DNA of 64,000 bases from Octopus sinensis (Eukaryota), in NCBI RefSeq assembly GCF_006345805.1, contig NC_043003.1, forward strand, positions 26,164,001-26,228,000, given 5' to 3'. Within the stretch, counting starts at the first letter, position 1. Every line of letters starts with the position of its first letter. The translations under genes and the position numbers were made by a program. Positions 24,890 through 38,850 of this stretch are shown here, in pieces. The notes beneath the pieces were generated by a model. The model had not been told where the DNA came from and searched no databases. It saw only the letters and a list, made by a program, of their open reading frames with translations.

Positions 24890-25370
24890 CAGTTTCCATC
24901 TACCAAATCCACTCACAAGGCATTGGTTGGCCTGGGGCTATAGCAGAAGACACTTGCCCAAGATGCTACGCAGTGGGACTGAACCTGGAACCATGTGGTA
25001 AGTAGCTTGCTAACCAACCACATGGTTCCGGGTTCAGTCCCACTGCGTGGCATCTTGGGCAAGTGTCTTCTGCTATAGCCCCGGGCCGACCAATGCCTTG
25101 TGAGTGGATTTGGTAGACGGAAACTGAAAGAAGCCTGTCGTATATATGTATATATATATATGTGTGCGTGTGTGTTTGTCCCCCTAGCATTGCTTGACAA
25201 CCGATGCTGGTGTGTTTACGTCCCCGTCACTTAGCGGTTCGGTAAAAGATACCAATAGAATAAGTACTGGGCTTACAAAGAATAAGTCCCGGGGTCGATT
25301 TGGTCGACTAAAGGCGATGCTCCAGCATGGCCGCAGTCAAATGACTGAAAAGAGTAAAAGAGTAAAGAGT
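24890..25370 (+). mobile_element. CORE-type tRNA SINE (about 24995-25370) with a 110-bp inverted duplication of its own 5' part (24890-24999)
   Basis: Head gtggtaagtagcttgc..., CORE-like gcatcttgggcaagt, tail (AGAGTAAA)n. Arms 24890-24999 and 25017-25126 differ at 5 of 110 positions. Confidence 0.85.
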
Positions 25371-25371
25371 A

Positions 25372-25549
25372 TAAGTTCACAACCATCAATTCACTGTAGG
25401 GAAAGTTCACCACGAGGAAAGTTTATCAAGAAAATATATCAATAGTATCACATCATTAATAGTTAAGAACTATTTTATTGCAAAAAAAAAAAATTGTTAA
25501 CTGATGATGGTGAACTTTCCCTGCAGTGAATTGATCACGGTGAACTTAC
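25372..25549. mobile_element. Small MITE with inverted ends of about 40 bp
   Basis: atcaattcactgtagggaaagttcacca (25385-25412) versus tggtgaactttccctgcagtgaattgat (25508-25535): 27/28 complementary, extending outward to taagttcac / gtgaactta. Confidence 0.65.
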
Positions 25550-25705
25550 TGACCATGTGATAACATCGTATGTGTATTTAACATGCAGACTGTTCACCTG
25601 ACCTATTTTGTCTCTAGCTTTATTGATGTTGTTTTACATGATCAATATTCCTATATTCCTGCTATTTTCATATATAATGGTCACTTCTATGTCAAGCTGA
25701 AGAAG

Positions 25706-25745
25706 TTCCATTGATGAGATCTAACAAGATTGAAACATGTCCTTT
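25706..25745 (+). ncRNA. Second degenerate hammerhead-like motif
   Basis: cca-TTGATGA-GATCT-AACA-AGATT-GAAAC-AT-GTC. Stem II pairs, but the first core C is mutated to T. Confidence 0.3.
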
Positions 25746-28700
25746 ACGTTCATCACTTGATTTTAAACACAAGATCAATTCTTTCTACATTATTTTACAG
25801 AAAATTTAAATCAGCTGATATCAATGAAGTTGTCTCCATTGCACACTATTTTTAGAATTTAAACATCATCTAGAGGGAGTATTACATATGTGAACAGATC
25901 AATCATCAAGGGCTTTCCAGCTGTGATTATCCCATCTTTTTGTAAATCCATGACTACATGATTCAGATTTATCTTCCCATTTTAAAGGCAGCAGAATGTG
26001 ATTTTTGACAGATTCGGCTGCTCTTTCTAGCAGTTCACAGAACAGCAACAACATAAGCTTTCACACTGACTTGGATTTGTGTGTATATCATCACCAAAAG
26101 TGATGAAAAAAAGGGGTAAAAATGATTTCTTTAGAAAAAGAGAGAAGAAGCCTGTTGTTTAAGTTAATTACAACTCCATAATATATTTTTTTTTCATTAA
26201 TGTACTCAGTAACAGTCCACAACCTTATAATCACCACCACCACCACTGCCTTCCATTCAATTTCAACCCCAAGGAATAAAAAAAATATATTTAAAAATAT
26301 CTAGGTAAAACTGAACTGTTCCTCCCCATCACTGATATATTAGCTATGGACTCGGAAAAAAAGAAAATAAAACCTAACAACTTGACATGGAAAACATTCA
26401 ATTTTAAAATAATATATATGTATTTTGAAAATTTAAAAAAAATTTATTTTCATTTATTAAAAAAAATTTTAAAAACAATAACACACACTAAAAAAAAAAA
26501 CACCATGACAGATTAGCTGTGTATTAGATCAGCAGGGTGTCAGGAAATCTAGCAAGTGCATTTTCGAACAAGTAACAGTGCAGTCGTCAATTTCCTGTGC
26601 AGCTAACTTCTAGAATCTTCTGTTGCATGCAAATATCGGTTGATTTGTCAATTTTTCCTCCTCTTTCTCCTTCATCCTTCTAGTTTTCTATAACAGTTTT
26701 ATAAACCATTAAACTCAGCTTTTCTTACAAAATACTATTCAATAGCAAAAAGATAATGATAACGACGACAATAACAGCTATTTCGTAAATTCCTCATCGG
26801 TTTCCATAATCCATGGGAAATGTCAGAAGAGAGTATGAAGACTGTGTGAACAAGCAAATGGAATCTAGTTTGGATATGGCTGTAAAATACCAAGAAGAGT
26901 TGCTCTCGTCTTCAGTTGAAAGGCTAAAAGAATAAGCAAATGCATTCAGTCACCAACACTATGCTGTTGTTCCTGGTATAAGCACTAATAAATATGTTGA
27001 GTCAGCAAAAAGTAACAAGCTGGCAGAATCATTAGAACATCAGGCAAAGTGCTTAACAGCATTTTATCTGTTTTTACGTTCTGAGTTCAAATTCCACCAA
27101 GTTCAATTTTGCCTCTCATCCTTTCTGGGTTGATAAAATAAGTATCAGTTGAACACAGGGGTTGATGTAATCAACTTACCCCTTCCACCAAAATTGCTGG
27201 CCTTGTGCCAAAATTTGAAACCAAAATGTTGAGCCAGCAAAAGGCAGTGAGCTGGCAGAATCATTAGCACATTGGGAAAAGTACTTAGCGGCAATACACC
27301 TGTCTTTATGTTCTGAGTTCAAATTCCACCAAAGTCATCTTTGCATTTCATCCTTTCAGGGGTCCAATATAACTGACTTACTCCTTCCCTTGAAATTGCT
27401 GCCTTGTGCCAAAATTTGAGTCGGTAAAAGAATCTCTGGATGCAGACACAATAGTGTGGTTAAGCAACTCACTTTGCAGTCATATGGTTTTGTGTTCAGT
27501 CCCACTGTGCAGCACCAGGTGCGACTGTCTACTACAGCTCTGAGCTGACCAATGCCTTGAGTGAATTTATTTGACAGAAACTGTGTGGAAGCCTGTCGTG
27601 TGTGTGCACATGTTTGTGTGTGTGGTTGATACTGCTTGACAACTGGTATTGGTTTGTTTAGTTGTTCAGCAAGAAATTGATAGAAAAGGTACTAAACTTA
27701 AAAAAAAAAGTACTGGTGATCAGTATGATCAACTGATCAATATCTTCAAAGCAATAATCCAGCATGGCTGAAGTTCAATAACTGAAACAAGTAAAAGATG
27801 GTCACTCGACCCTGCTAGAAATAGCAGCCAAATATCCTTCACCACACATGATACTGTCTTCAAAAAAGAAGGACACACTGGTTAATGTAATCCCAGATAA
27901 ACTGTGCAGAAAGTGGATGAAACAAGGATGGATGGTTGTAGTTGTAATGCTTTTGATCAATAGGTGTGCTTCATCAATGCTGACAAGGCACTACATGACA
28001 AAGATAACAGCTAACACCAATGCTAACCCTTCTGTAACCATATTTCTATCGAAAAAAAACAAAAAACATTACCTATGTTTTATTTATAAATTTCGAAAAT
28101 ATCAAAGAATCGACTGAAATAACTCCTTATTAAGCTGATTTTTAGAGCATAAATTAGCACAAAATTTTGGTGGAAGGTTTTAATTCAGGTCACTTTAAAA
28201 CAAGAAGTTTGTATTATAGAACCAAGATCAATCTCAGGTAGGTTGGTATCAAAAGGATTAATGGCCTAGGGCAGTAACTGCCAGTAAATTAAGTGCCATG
28301 TGGAAGTGCAGCTCAGTTTTCAATACAGCAAGAGCATTGTTCAACTGGCGAATGCATTGCTAGTTTGCAGTGCTGAGCTCAAATCCAGCAATGAAGAGGT
28401 GGATGAACAACCCAAGACATATGACAAACATCAAAGGAGTTTGATTTTTCTAGAACAAAATTTGCCATGTTATTAAAGCAATCAGCTGGAATAAAAAAAA
28501 TGTTTGCGACCAGATATTTATTTAATCTAACAAGTGGTTGAGTTACAAAGAAACGCACACACAAAAGGTACTGCAGAATTTAGCTCTCCTTTTCAGATCT
28601 GGTGTTAAGCTACAGGTTTACAGTATGGAGCAAATGACGGATAAAGCCTTCTCTTATTATCACCATCACCTTCATCATCATTTTAAAAGTCTACTTTTCC

Positions 28701-30600
28701 TTGCTTGTATGGGTCAGATGGAATTTTGCTTGGGTAAATTTTCTACAGCCAGATGCCCTTCTTGTTGCCAGCCCTCACCTATTTCTGAGTAAGGTGTTAT
28801 TTTCCCATGGTCAGACATGTTTTACACAAAAGTCTGGGAACAAAAAGCATCACTTGTATAACCAGCATGTGATGTTGAGACAGGTACACAAACAAACAAC
28901 AGGCTTCTTTCAACTTCCATCAAGGCTTTGATCAGCCCACAACTATAGCAGAAGACACTTGTCCAATGTGCTGTGGAGTGAGGACTGAATTTGAAACTAC
29001 ATGGTCAGGAAGCAAACTTCTTATCACATAGCCATGTATGTAGCTATGCAATTAAGAACTAACATACATATAATATTAGTTTATAAGAAGCAAGATTCCC
29101 AGATGAACAGGTACCTATCACAACAGCTTAGTGAACTGTGGCAATGTTTGTACCCATTCCCAAGAGGTAAGAAGGCAAGTAGTCTAGTTGTTAGGCAACT
29201 GAGCTCTTAATCATTAGACTGTGGGTTTAATTCCTACCCTGAAAGGCATATTGTACAATTGGGCAGGGTACTTTACTTCACATTGTTCCAGTTCATTCAA
29301 CTGGCAAGAATATGATTATTAAAACTGACGGTCCCAGGAAGTGTCAAAGTTAGCATGGAAATATTAATAAGCCAGCAGTCAGACCAAGAATTCCATCAGT
29401 CATGAAGAGGGACATAACCATCATGAACTGATGCATCCTAACTTTGCATGTTACCCTCTTTTACCCAATAGCTTAGTGAACTGTGGGATTGTAGAATCAA
29501 TGTAGAACTCAGTATTTTCCAGATGATAGGATAATTACTCCCAACCACTAGTGAACTGATTGGTGGATTTTGATTAAATATTTTCACATTAATATGGTAC
29601 CTTTTACCAATAGCTGAATGGACCGTGGTGATGTAAACTAAAAGAGTTCTGTCTAGAAATTCCATGACACAGCAGCAGTAGGTTTGAATCTATGGCTCTC
29701 AAGCATATATTCCTACATCTCATAAACTTGGCCATCTGACAACAACTAAGTAAGGATTATATAATCAAATACTACAAAGACTATGCTATCCAGGGTGTAC
29801 TTCCTGGATAACATGTGATTTGGGAGAAGATATAGTCACTATTTCTAGTACCTCATGTGACATAAAATGACCTTCTCACTGACAAAAATGGTTGTTGTTT
29901 TGCCTAAAGTTTGCCTAGATTGAGCAAATTTATAATCAAAGACATTCAAACCATGACCATCTTGTTTGCTTTCCAGCAGAGTGTATCTTGGATTACATCA
30001 TCTAATGTGTCCGGTTTTCTTTTTTAAAATAGCAAAGTATGATTTGAAGGAGATTTGGATGATCTTTCCAGCAGACCAAGGAACCATATACAGGCTTCCC
30101 CTGGCACATCTGGGGTAAATAGTAAATGCCATAAAGACAAGCACATGCAACTTATAGTGTGCATACTCAAGGTGGAATGCATTAAAAAACTTTGACACAG
30201 CAGGTCTCTTAAAATATTCACAAATGTTTTAACAGCTGCTCTGAACTATATACATATAGTTTTTATCTGTAAACAATTTTTCTTATTAAAAAATATATAT
30301 TTTATGGTATATATTTTTAGTCTGTGTTATACTTCTGTAATAGTGGAAGAAATACTAAATAAGCCATAACAACTCTTTTATCCACCCTTCCACCCTAAGA
30401 GTCCAGTACTGCTGTTATCATTATCATCATCATCATCATTATTATCATTAATATTATTATAACTAATTCATATACTTTTCCTTTTACATTTCTTGTAATT
30501 ATCAACATGGCTGAAACCCTACCATATAATTATCTCTCCAACACAGACTTCTAAGAAAATTACAAAACTTAAGTGTAATAAGAAAAACAACTACAATAAT

Positions 30601-32083
30601 AATTGTTTCAAATTTTAGCATTAGGCCAGCAATTTTTAGGGGAGGGAGCAAACCAAATACACTGACACCAGAACTTCACTGGTACTTTATTTTATTGACT
30701 CTGAAAGGAGGAAAAGCAAATCTGACTTCAAGAAGATTTGAACCCAGAACATAAAGAGTCAGAAAAAATGCTACTCATTGTTTTGTCCGACAGTAATGAT
30801 TTTGCTAGCTTGCTGTCTTTCTAATAATAATCCTTTTTATTATAGGCACAAGGTCTGAAATGTTGGGCAAGGGGGCTAGTTGATTACACTGACCCAAGTG
30901 TTCAACTGGATTCAGAAAGGATGAATGACAAAGTTGACCTTGGCGGAATTTAAATATAGAACATAAAGAAGGATTAAATGCCACTAAGCATTTTGCCCAG
31001 TAAGCTAACGATTCTGCCAGCTAGTAAGTAGTAGTAATAATAATCCTTTCTACTTAAGGCACAAGGCCTGAAATTTGGGGGGAGGGGGATAAGTCAATTA
31101 CATTGACCCCAGTGTCTCACTGGTACTTAATTTATCAACCCCAAAAGGATCAAAGACAAAACTGACTTTGGTGGAATTTAAACTCAGAGTGTAGTGGCAG
31201 ACAAAATACTGTGCCTTAATAATGATTTCAAATTTTAGCACAAAGCCAGCAAGTTTTGGGGAAGGAGTAAGTCGATTACAACGACCCCAGTGCTCAACTG
31301 GTACTTATTTTATTGACTCCGAAAGGATGAAAGGCAGAGTTGTCCTCAGCGGAATTTGAACTCAGATCATAACGACAGATGATACAGCTCAACATTTTGT
31401 CCGACGTGCTAACGAATGCCAGCTCATTTGCCTTAATAACAACAACAACTTTGGTATGAGATCAGCTATTTTGTTGGGAGGGAGTTAGTTGATTACAGCA
31501 TTTGAATGGTACTTCATGGAAGAAAGGCAGTGGACCATAGCATGAACTGATTTCGGAACGTACAAAGTTGGAAGAAATACTGTAAAGCATTTTATCCAAC
31601 ACAAATAAATCTGCCAGCAAGTTACCTTAATAATAATTTTCAAATTTTGGCACAAGACCAGCAATGTTAGGGAAGGGACAAGTCCACTACATCAACCCAG
31701 TGCTCAAATGGTACTTTATTTTATCAACCCCCAGAAGGATGAAAGCTAAAGTTGACCCCCAGAGGTATTAAAAGGCCAGAAGTCATGCTTCTAAGCAATT
31801 TTTCTGATGTACTCACAATTCTGCCACCTCACAACTTTAATAGTAGTAGAAGTAGTAGTAGTAGTAATCCTTTCTAATATAGGCACAAGGCTATATTAAC
31901 CCCTGTACTTGATTGATACTTAATTTATCAAACCCCAAAAGGATGAAAGGCAAAATCGACCTCAGTGGAATTTGAACTCAGAACGTAAAAACAGACGAAA
32001 TACCGAATAAAATAAGTGCCAGTCCGGAAGTGGAACTGTCGGCATGCTAACAATTCTGCCAGTTCACAGCCTTAATAGTAGTA
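30601..32083 (-). mobile_element. Head-to-tail array of about 7 diverged Deu/Nin-like SINE copies
   Basis: Repeated ggcacaaggcc...gaccccagtg...ctggtactt...gaaaggatgaaaggcaaagtcgacc...ttctgccagc units of about 200-220 bp, separated by (AAT)/(AGT) runs. Confidence 0.8.
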
Positions 32084-32293
32084 GTTCTAGAAGTAATAAT
32101 AATAATAATAATAATGGACTGAAAACGCAATCCCCATATTACTGTGTGTAATGGGAAAAAATTTTTTTAATGACTTAAAGAAATACGTAACCCAAACCTC
32201 ATGTCTTACATATAAACAGAGAAAATAGTGCTACTAGACATTACGTTCATACAAAGAATACAATATTAGGCGCCAGACACACACATGAAAATG

Positions 32294-32364
<71 letters not shown>

Positions 32365-33439
32365 CAATGCTAGATACTGCACATACTTATCTAGAATAAA
32401 AAAAAAAAAATTGCATAAGACAAAATAAAAAAACAAACAAAACAAAACGTTGCACCTACCCAATGCACATAATAAATAATAATAAAGGTTATCTCTGCTA
32501 GCTCTAAATACTGAAATTACCATGGAATGCAAGAGGTAATCTTTTAAATTATCATCAATTTACCAACACACGTTTTAGCTATAAGACCAATTTTGTTACA
32601 GAGAAGACAGATAATTGGCATAAATGATCTTACTATCTTCACAGATACCTATTTTATATTCTCCACCATTGCTAATACAAGTTGCAAAATATATCCTACC
32701 AGCGTTTGAACTCAGAACCTTGAAGCTTTGTGAAATATCTACTTAGGTGCTCTACAACATGCGCAAGTCCTGCAGCTAAAATAATAATTGTTTCAATTAT
32801 TATTATTATTATCATCATCGTTACAGCACAATTTTAGGGGAAGGAGGTGGTTAATTTCATTGACTCCAGTATTTGACTATTATTATATTCTATCAATCCT
32901 AAAAGGATGAAAGGTAAAGGTGACCCCCCCCCCCACACACACACACATGTTCTGAGCGCAAATTGTGCCAGGGTTGAGTTTTCCTTTCATCCTTTTGGGA
33001 TCAATAAAATAAGTACCAATTGAGGACTGGGGGAGGTTTGGGGGAAGGGGGGTTCGATGTAATCGACTTATCCCCTATCCCAAAATTGCTGACCTTGTGA
33101 CAAAATTGGAAACCATTATTAGTAATAGGAGAGCTTATAACAGAGTTAATTAATTTTAGTTGGCATAAGGCATGCAGGATATCACATTCCGAACATTGCT
33201 TTCTATCTAAATAACAGAAACAGTGTTGTATCTTGAGGTTAAAGGTAAGACAAAAGAAGCTGAAAGGAAGGAATGATCTTCAGATTGGAAAGCTAAGGAA
33301 TGAGAGAGGTGGTGCTAAGGATGAGAGGCTATATATATAAATTCTCATATACAACTACATCTTGGATGGTACTGCCCTGGTGTTGAAACCATAATAAAAT
33401 CCATTCGGTAGCTGAAGATGGGATGTATATTCTTTCATT

Positions 33440-33637
33440 TTTTTACTTGCTTCAGTCATTTGATTGTGGCCATGCTGGAGCAGCACCTTTAGTCAAATAA
33501 ATTGATCCCAGGACTTATTCTTTGTAAGCCTCGTACTTATTCTATCAGTCTCTTTTGCCAAACTGCTAAGTTACGGGGACATAAACACACCAGCATCAGT
33601 TGTCAAGTGATGTTTGGGGGACAGACACAGACACACG

Positions 33638-33734
<97 letters not shown>

Positions 33735-33890
33735 GACAGGCTCCTTTCAGTTTCCAACTACCAAATCCACTCACAAGACTTTGGTCGGCCTGAGGCTATA
33801 GTAGAAGACACTTTCCCATGATGCCATGCAGTGGAACCGAACCCAGGACCATGGGGTTGGTAAGCAAGGTATTTACCATGCAGCCACTCC
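33440..33890 (-). mobile_element. Full-length CORE-type tRNA SINE with internal (TG)n/(TA)n
   Basis: Same family as 25000-25370. Other copies at about 570-770, 3955-4250, 7040-7235, 11480-11860, 40215-40530, 62055-62380 and 63035-63360. Confidence 0.85.
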
Positions 33891-35599
33891 GTACCTATTT
33901 ATTTTTTCCCCATGTGTATTTTTGATTGTGAGTCTTCAGCATCTTGTGTTCTTGTGGTTCTAAAGTGTCCATTGAAATTCTAATTTTTGCTGTTAAACTT
34001 GTCCTTGGATTATGATAGCTATGTGATATATTTTATGCCATACACTGAAATTGTCTGATCTTCTTTCATTGAGATTCTAATTCTTGTAAGGGTTATACTT
34101 CTTTAGGGGTTTGTGGTTTATGGAAGTTTTGTTGCATATACAGGTGTACCTATCATTTCCAATTCTTTTTCTCCTACTGGTTTTACTTCTTGACAAAGAG
34201 TATATAACCGAAAATATTAGCTACTCTTCTATTCCTTTCATTTTTATAGTCTAATTATACACATTCATTGTTATCGTTTTAAGGTCCCTAATTCTTCATC
34301 AGTTATCAACCAGATGGTATTACTCAAACTGATGCAGAATAAGGGACCTTCTGTGTCTGTTTTCCATCTGTTTGTGCACTCAGTATACATTTTTTATGTT
34401 CACCTGTACATTCATTGTATGTTTTTAACTTTGTATTTGTGCATTTATTATACACTTTTTCACTTAAGTAACAGAACACAACACACCTGGTTTTTATTAA
34501 CAGTAAGTTTCATATATATATATATATATGGAGAGAGATATACACCTACATGTGTGTGTGTACACATACACCCAGTGTAAATTGTCCTTACATACAAACC
34601 TAGATACACATCCATAAACATATTCCATACGCACTATATAGATACACAAACAGAGCATACACACATGAATAATTACCTAGATGACACATGAAAGGATGGT
34701 GTAGTTGAGTATGGAAAGAGAGTGGAAGTGGTGAAGCAGTATCATAGGAAGTCAAGACATTCATAAATTCTCTGTCGAAACAGAGATTCCTGTATTGAAA
34801 TTGAGACACTTTCTTGTGTCAGCAGTAGTAAGATGAATCATAGTGCATGTGCACAAAAATACAAAAATACCATAGATGAAGAGCTTATGAGTGGAGTGGC
34901 TATACAATTTGAAGTGACAATATCATCAGCCACCCAACATGTCTTACTATATAACCACTGAATCATATGAACTAGATCAGATGTAGTATCTGGCCTAATT
35001 AATATAAGATATAATATATGGCCTAATTAAAAGAGCTCAAAATAAGAGTTTTCGAACAAAAACAAACTTTATGGTTAACTGATTACATTCAGAAAGATCA
35101 TCCTATTATATTATTATACTTTGAACGATCATCCTATTCAGAAGGAAAAAAGAAAATTCAATGAAGACTGTTTGCTTACACTGTAATGTTTTGTATTGTA
35201 TGTGATTAAAACACTAGCAGGATTATCTAGGTTATTACAGGGCTATCTGGAGAGGTTTAATAATAATAGTTTCAAATTTTGCCACAAGGGCAGCAATCTT
35301 GGGGGAGGGTATGAGTTGATTACATCAACTTTTTTTCCACTGGTACTTATTTCATCGACCCTGAAAAGATGAAAGGTAAAGTCAACCTCGGTGGAATTTG
35401 AACTCAGAACGTAGCAATGGGTGAAATAGCATTAAGTATTTCATCCAGCTTGCTAACTATTCTGCAAGTTTGCTGCTTTAGTAGTAATAATAAAAAAGAT
35501 AGAGCCAAACTTGTCTTCAATCTCGGTTTCATGCTTAGCCCTCACCTATAGTCATGAATGTTGGGTTATGACAATGATTGTGAAGAAAAGCTACTAAAA

Positions 35600-35970
35600 T
35601 AGGGTTACTCTGAAGGATCTTTGGAGTAATGTTACTCAACAGGGTGCATAGTACAGAGATCAGGGTATCTCTGCAGGTCAAGCCACTACTTCTCTGTATT
35701 GAGTGGACACACATATGGTATTATGGACACAGGATTAGAATGTCACAGGAAAGAATTGCAAGACAGATTCTTCAAGTCAAGCCAATTGGCATGAGACATA
35801 AGGGTAGATCAAAACTGAGATGGGTGGATAATATCTATAGACTCAGTTGGTCACACTTGGGAATCCAGTTGGAAAGTCTCATGACAGTTGCTTCTGATAG
35901 GACTCTTTAGGATTCTACCCACCATGACCCTCCCAAGAATAGCGAGCAGAGTAAATGGATGGACGGGATA
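35600..35970 (+). mobile_element. RTE LINE 3' fragment
   Basis: EIRVSLQVKPLLLCIE...WYYGHRIRMSQERIARQILQVKPIGMRHKGRSKLRWVDNIYRLSW is a typical RTE ORF C-terminus. Ends in aaatggatgga. Confidence 0.85.
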
Positions 35971-37041
35971 CACATGTTTTGTGACAGTTTCTAGAGAAAG
36001 ATTTCATTACTGAAAGAAATGTTCTATCAGCCTACAAAGACAACAGTTTAGAGATTCCAACAAAGGACCAAGACACATACAAAACTTTGTAGACAACAAC
36101 TGGCTGTTTGGCAACATCTGATGGAATAATATTTCAAATACAAGGACCTCTATGTCAGAGTCTGAAAATTCATGAATATTCAGCAGTAGTTTCCTGCTGC
36201 CTTCTGCCATTTTATTTACAAGTTACACAACTAGTCTCTTCCTCTTCACAGCTTACCCTTGAGGCACTGAACTTAATTAACCCTAAGGCAGTGAGTAGGA
36301 CTGGTTCACCCGACAACAGAACATGTCCATACATTGATGAACCTGGTGTGATATGTCTAGGGGCCAGCCATCCTTCAGTTCCTATATATCTTAGCTCAGG
36401 CATGGGCAACCTTTGGCCCTCGGGTCAGATCTGGCTCACGAAGCCTTTTTCTCTGGCCTGTGGAGACCTGTAGCAGTGCAGCTGTGAAGTGGTTAATTTT
36501 CTAGTCTGGTCGACTTGTAAAGTAAATAGGTAAAAACTAAACAAGCTTTTGTAGAATGTACTTCAGCAAAAATTCTAGGAAAGGTGAAAGGACTAAATAC
36601 GTAGAATCAAAATAGAGAAAGTGAAACTGAAGTTTCCTCGAAAAAGAGACAGAAACATTAGTAATAAAATGAAACTAAACATAAGCCCTACTAGTCAGGG
36701 CTTATGAGTAGCTAACTTTCAATCCATAAGGTTATCTTTTCTTGACACTAGCAAATGATTAACATGTCATTCACACACTCACTCAAATTCTCTCAAACCC
36801 AAAAACCAGTTTGGTGAACGATCAAGCTACTAACTCAAGACATTCCAAACTTATTAATTTGCTAATATGCAAAGGCCAGAAATAACTTAATTCAAATCCA
36901 AACAACTATTGAGAATATCAGCCGTACACAACATTCCGTTTCTTTCTTATTCCTCTGATCAAGTATGTATTTTCCTTATATAAAGTTTATATTTCATACC
37001 CCAACATATACACCATTATTTATCACCACTATCTATATTTT

Positions 37042-38850
37042 TTGTCATCAAAAAAGAGAAAAGTGGATAACGAATCCTGAGTGCTCCAAGAAAAGTGGAT
37101 CAATGATTATTTTTCCATACAAATCAAAGACAAACCAGTGTGTTTACTCTGCTCAGAATCAGTTTCTGTCATTAAAGAATATAATGTAAAAAGACACTAC
37201 ATCTCCAAACACTCATCTCATTATGAAAGTTTTCAAGGTCAACATAGGAAACAAAAAGTTGAAAATTTAATAAAAGATTTGAAAGAGCAGCAGACAATTT
37301 TTGTCAAGAGACTATGCTAGCATGGAAAGCAGACGTTAAATGATGATGAGATGTGAAGATACCGAAAATATCATTCGTGCTAGTTATATCATTAGTGAGA
37401 AAATTGCAAAACATTCAAAAAATTATTCCAATGGTGAAATTGTAAAAGAATGCCAACAAGCAGAAGCTGAAATTTTTTGTTCAGGTAAAAAAGAAAGAAA
37501 TTGATAATATTAGTTTGTCTTGTAGAACTGTAACAAAACAGATTGACAAACTTGCAACTAATGTAGAATTAGGCTTGAAAAGACTTTCTTTACATTTTAA
37601 ATATCTTTCCTTAGCTATTGATGAGAGCAGTAATGTGTCAAATACAGCCCAACTTGCAGCTTTTGTACATGGAATTGATGAAGATTTAAATATCACAGAA
37701 GAAATGCTTGGTCTTTGGGGAATGAAAGACACCACCACAGGGGAGGATATTTTTCAAGAACTGAAAATGTTAATGGCCAGATTTAATCTACATTTCAAAA
37801 ACCTTCATGGTTTATCAACAGATGGTGCGCCTGCTTTGGTTGGTAGTAAAGCAGGCTTAGTTTCTAAAACCAGATCAGAATTGGCTTCTATGAATATAGA
37901 CACAAAGGATTTATCCATTTTTCATTGCATAATTCACCAAGAGAATTTGTGTGCGAAGTCACTCAAATTTGAACATGTCATATCCAAGGTTGTTTCAAGT
38001 AGAAGTTTTATAAAATCTTGAGCTTTGACCCACCACCAATTTAAAGAATTTCTTGAGGATATCGAGGCAGAGTATGGAGATTTGGTTTACTATTGTGAGG
38101 TGTGATGATTGAGCAAAGGAAAAATGTTGAAATAATTTTATGATCTGAGGAGCGAAATTTTTACATTCATGGAAATGAAAGGAAAGTCTATGCCTGAATT
38201 AAGTGATGATGGCTAGATATGTGATCTTGCTTTTCTTGTTGACTTTATTTCATATCTTAATGACCTTAATTTGAAATTGCAAGGAGAAGGCCAATTCATT
38301 CATCAGTTGTACAAAATGTAACTGGGAACGACAGCTCAGAAATTGTAATCCATTCCATTACCCAACATTGGCAATTCATGGCAAAATCGATTGTACTTCT
38401 TATGCAGATGAGGTAAAATTGATCAACGAAAAATTCAATAATAGATTTCAAGATTTCAGATCACAAGAAACAAATCTACGTATATTTTCTTCATCTTTTG
38501 ATATTAATATTAACCAGGCTCCCGAGGAATTACAGACGGAATTAACTGAACTCCAAGGGAATGAAGATTTAAAATGGGAAATGAGAGATCATTCACTAAT
38601 AGAGTTTTATAAAAGCCTACCTAGAGAAAATTTCCCCTTGATCGTGGATTTTGCTAGAAAGAAAATGTCACTTTGGTAGCACATATAAATGTTAGCAGCT
38701 ATTCTTAAGAATGAAATCTACTAAATCCAAAGTAAGATCAAGAATAACTGATAATCATCTTGAAAATAACTTGAAAGTATCCACCTCTAGCATTTCTTCA
38801 AACATTGAGATGTTGATGAAGAAACATCAATCCCAAATATCCCATGAGAA
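37042..38850 (+). pseudogene. hAT transposase pseudogene (GTF2IRD2/EPM2AIP1/ZBED5-like family)
   Basis: SSKKRKVDNES*VLQEKW...PVCLLC...NVKRHYISKH (zinc finger), YLSLAIDESSNVSNTAQLA, LSTDGAPALVG, FHCIIHQENLCAK, then the dimerisation region MKSTKSKVRSRITDNHLEN. Multiple stops and frameshifts. Confidence 0.9.
37312..37347 (+). mobile_element. 36-bp extreme 3' RTE tail inserted into the transposase, GAGA target-site duplication
   Basis: ctatgctagcatggaaagcagacgttaaatgatgat flanked by GAGA (37308-37311 and 37348-37351). Removing it restores FVKR-CEDTENIIRASY. Confidence 0.85.

Noticed and set aside
26500-26700. Unique patch, tested as an alternative exon
   Set aside because: All ATG frames stop early and the only donor is weak; kept only as part of the SINE-free island observation.
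34671-34765. ATG frame MNVLTSYD... ending at CTAG|gtaatt
   Set aside because: Phase 1, incompatible with the phase-2 acceptor at 14783; the phase-2 frame has a stop and no ATG.
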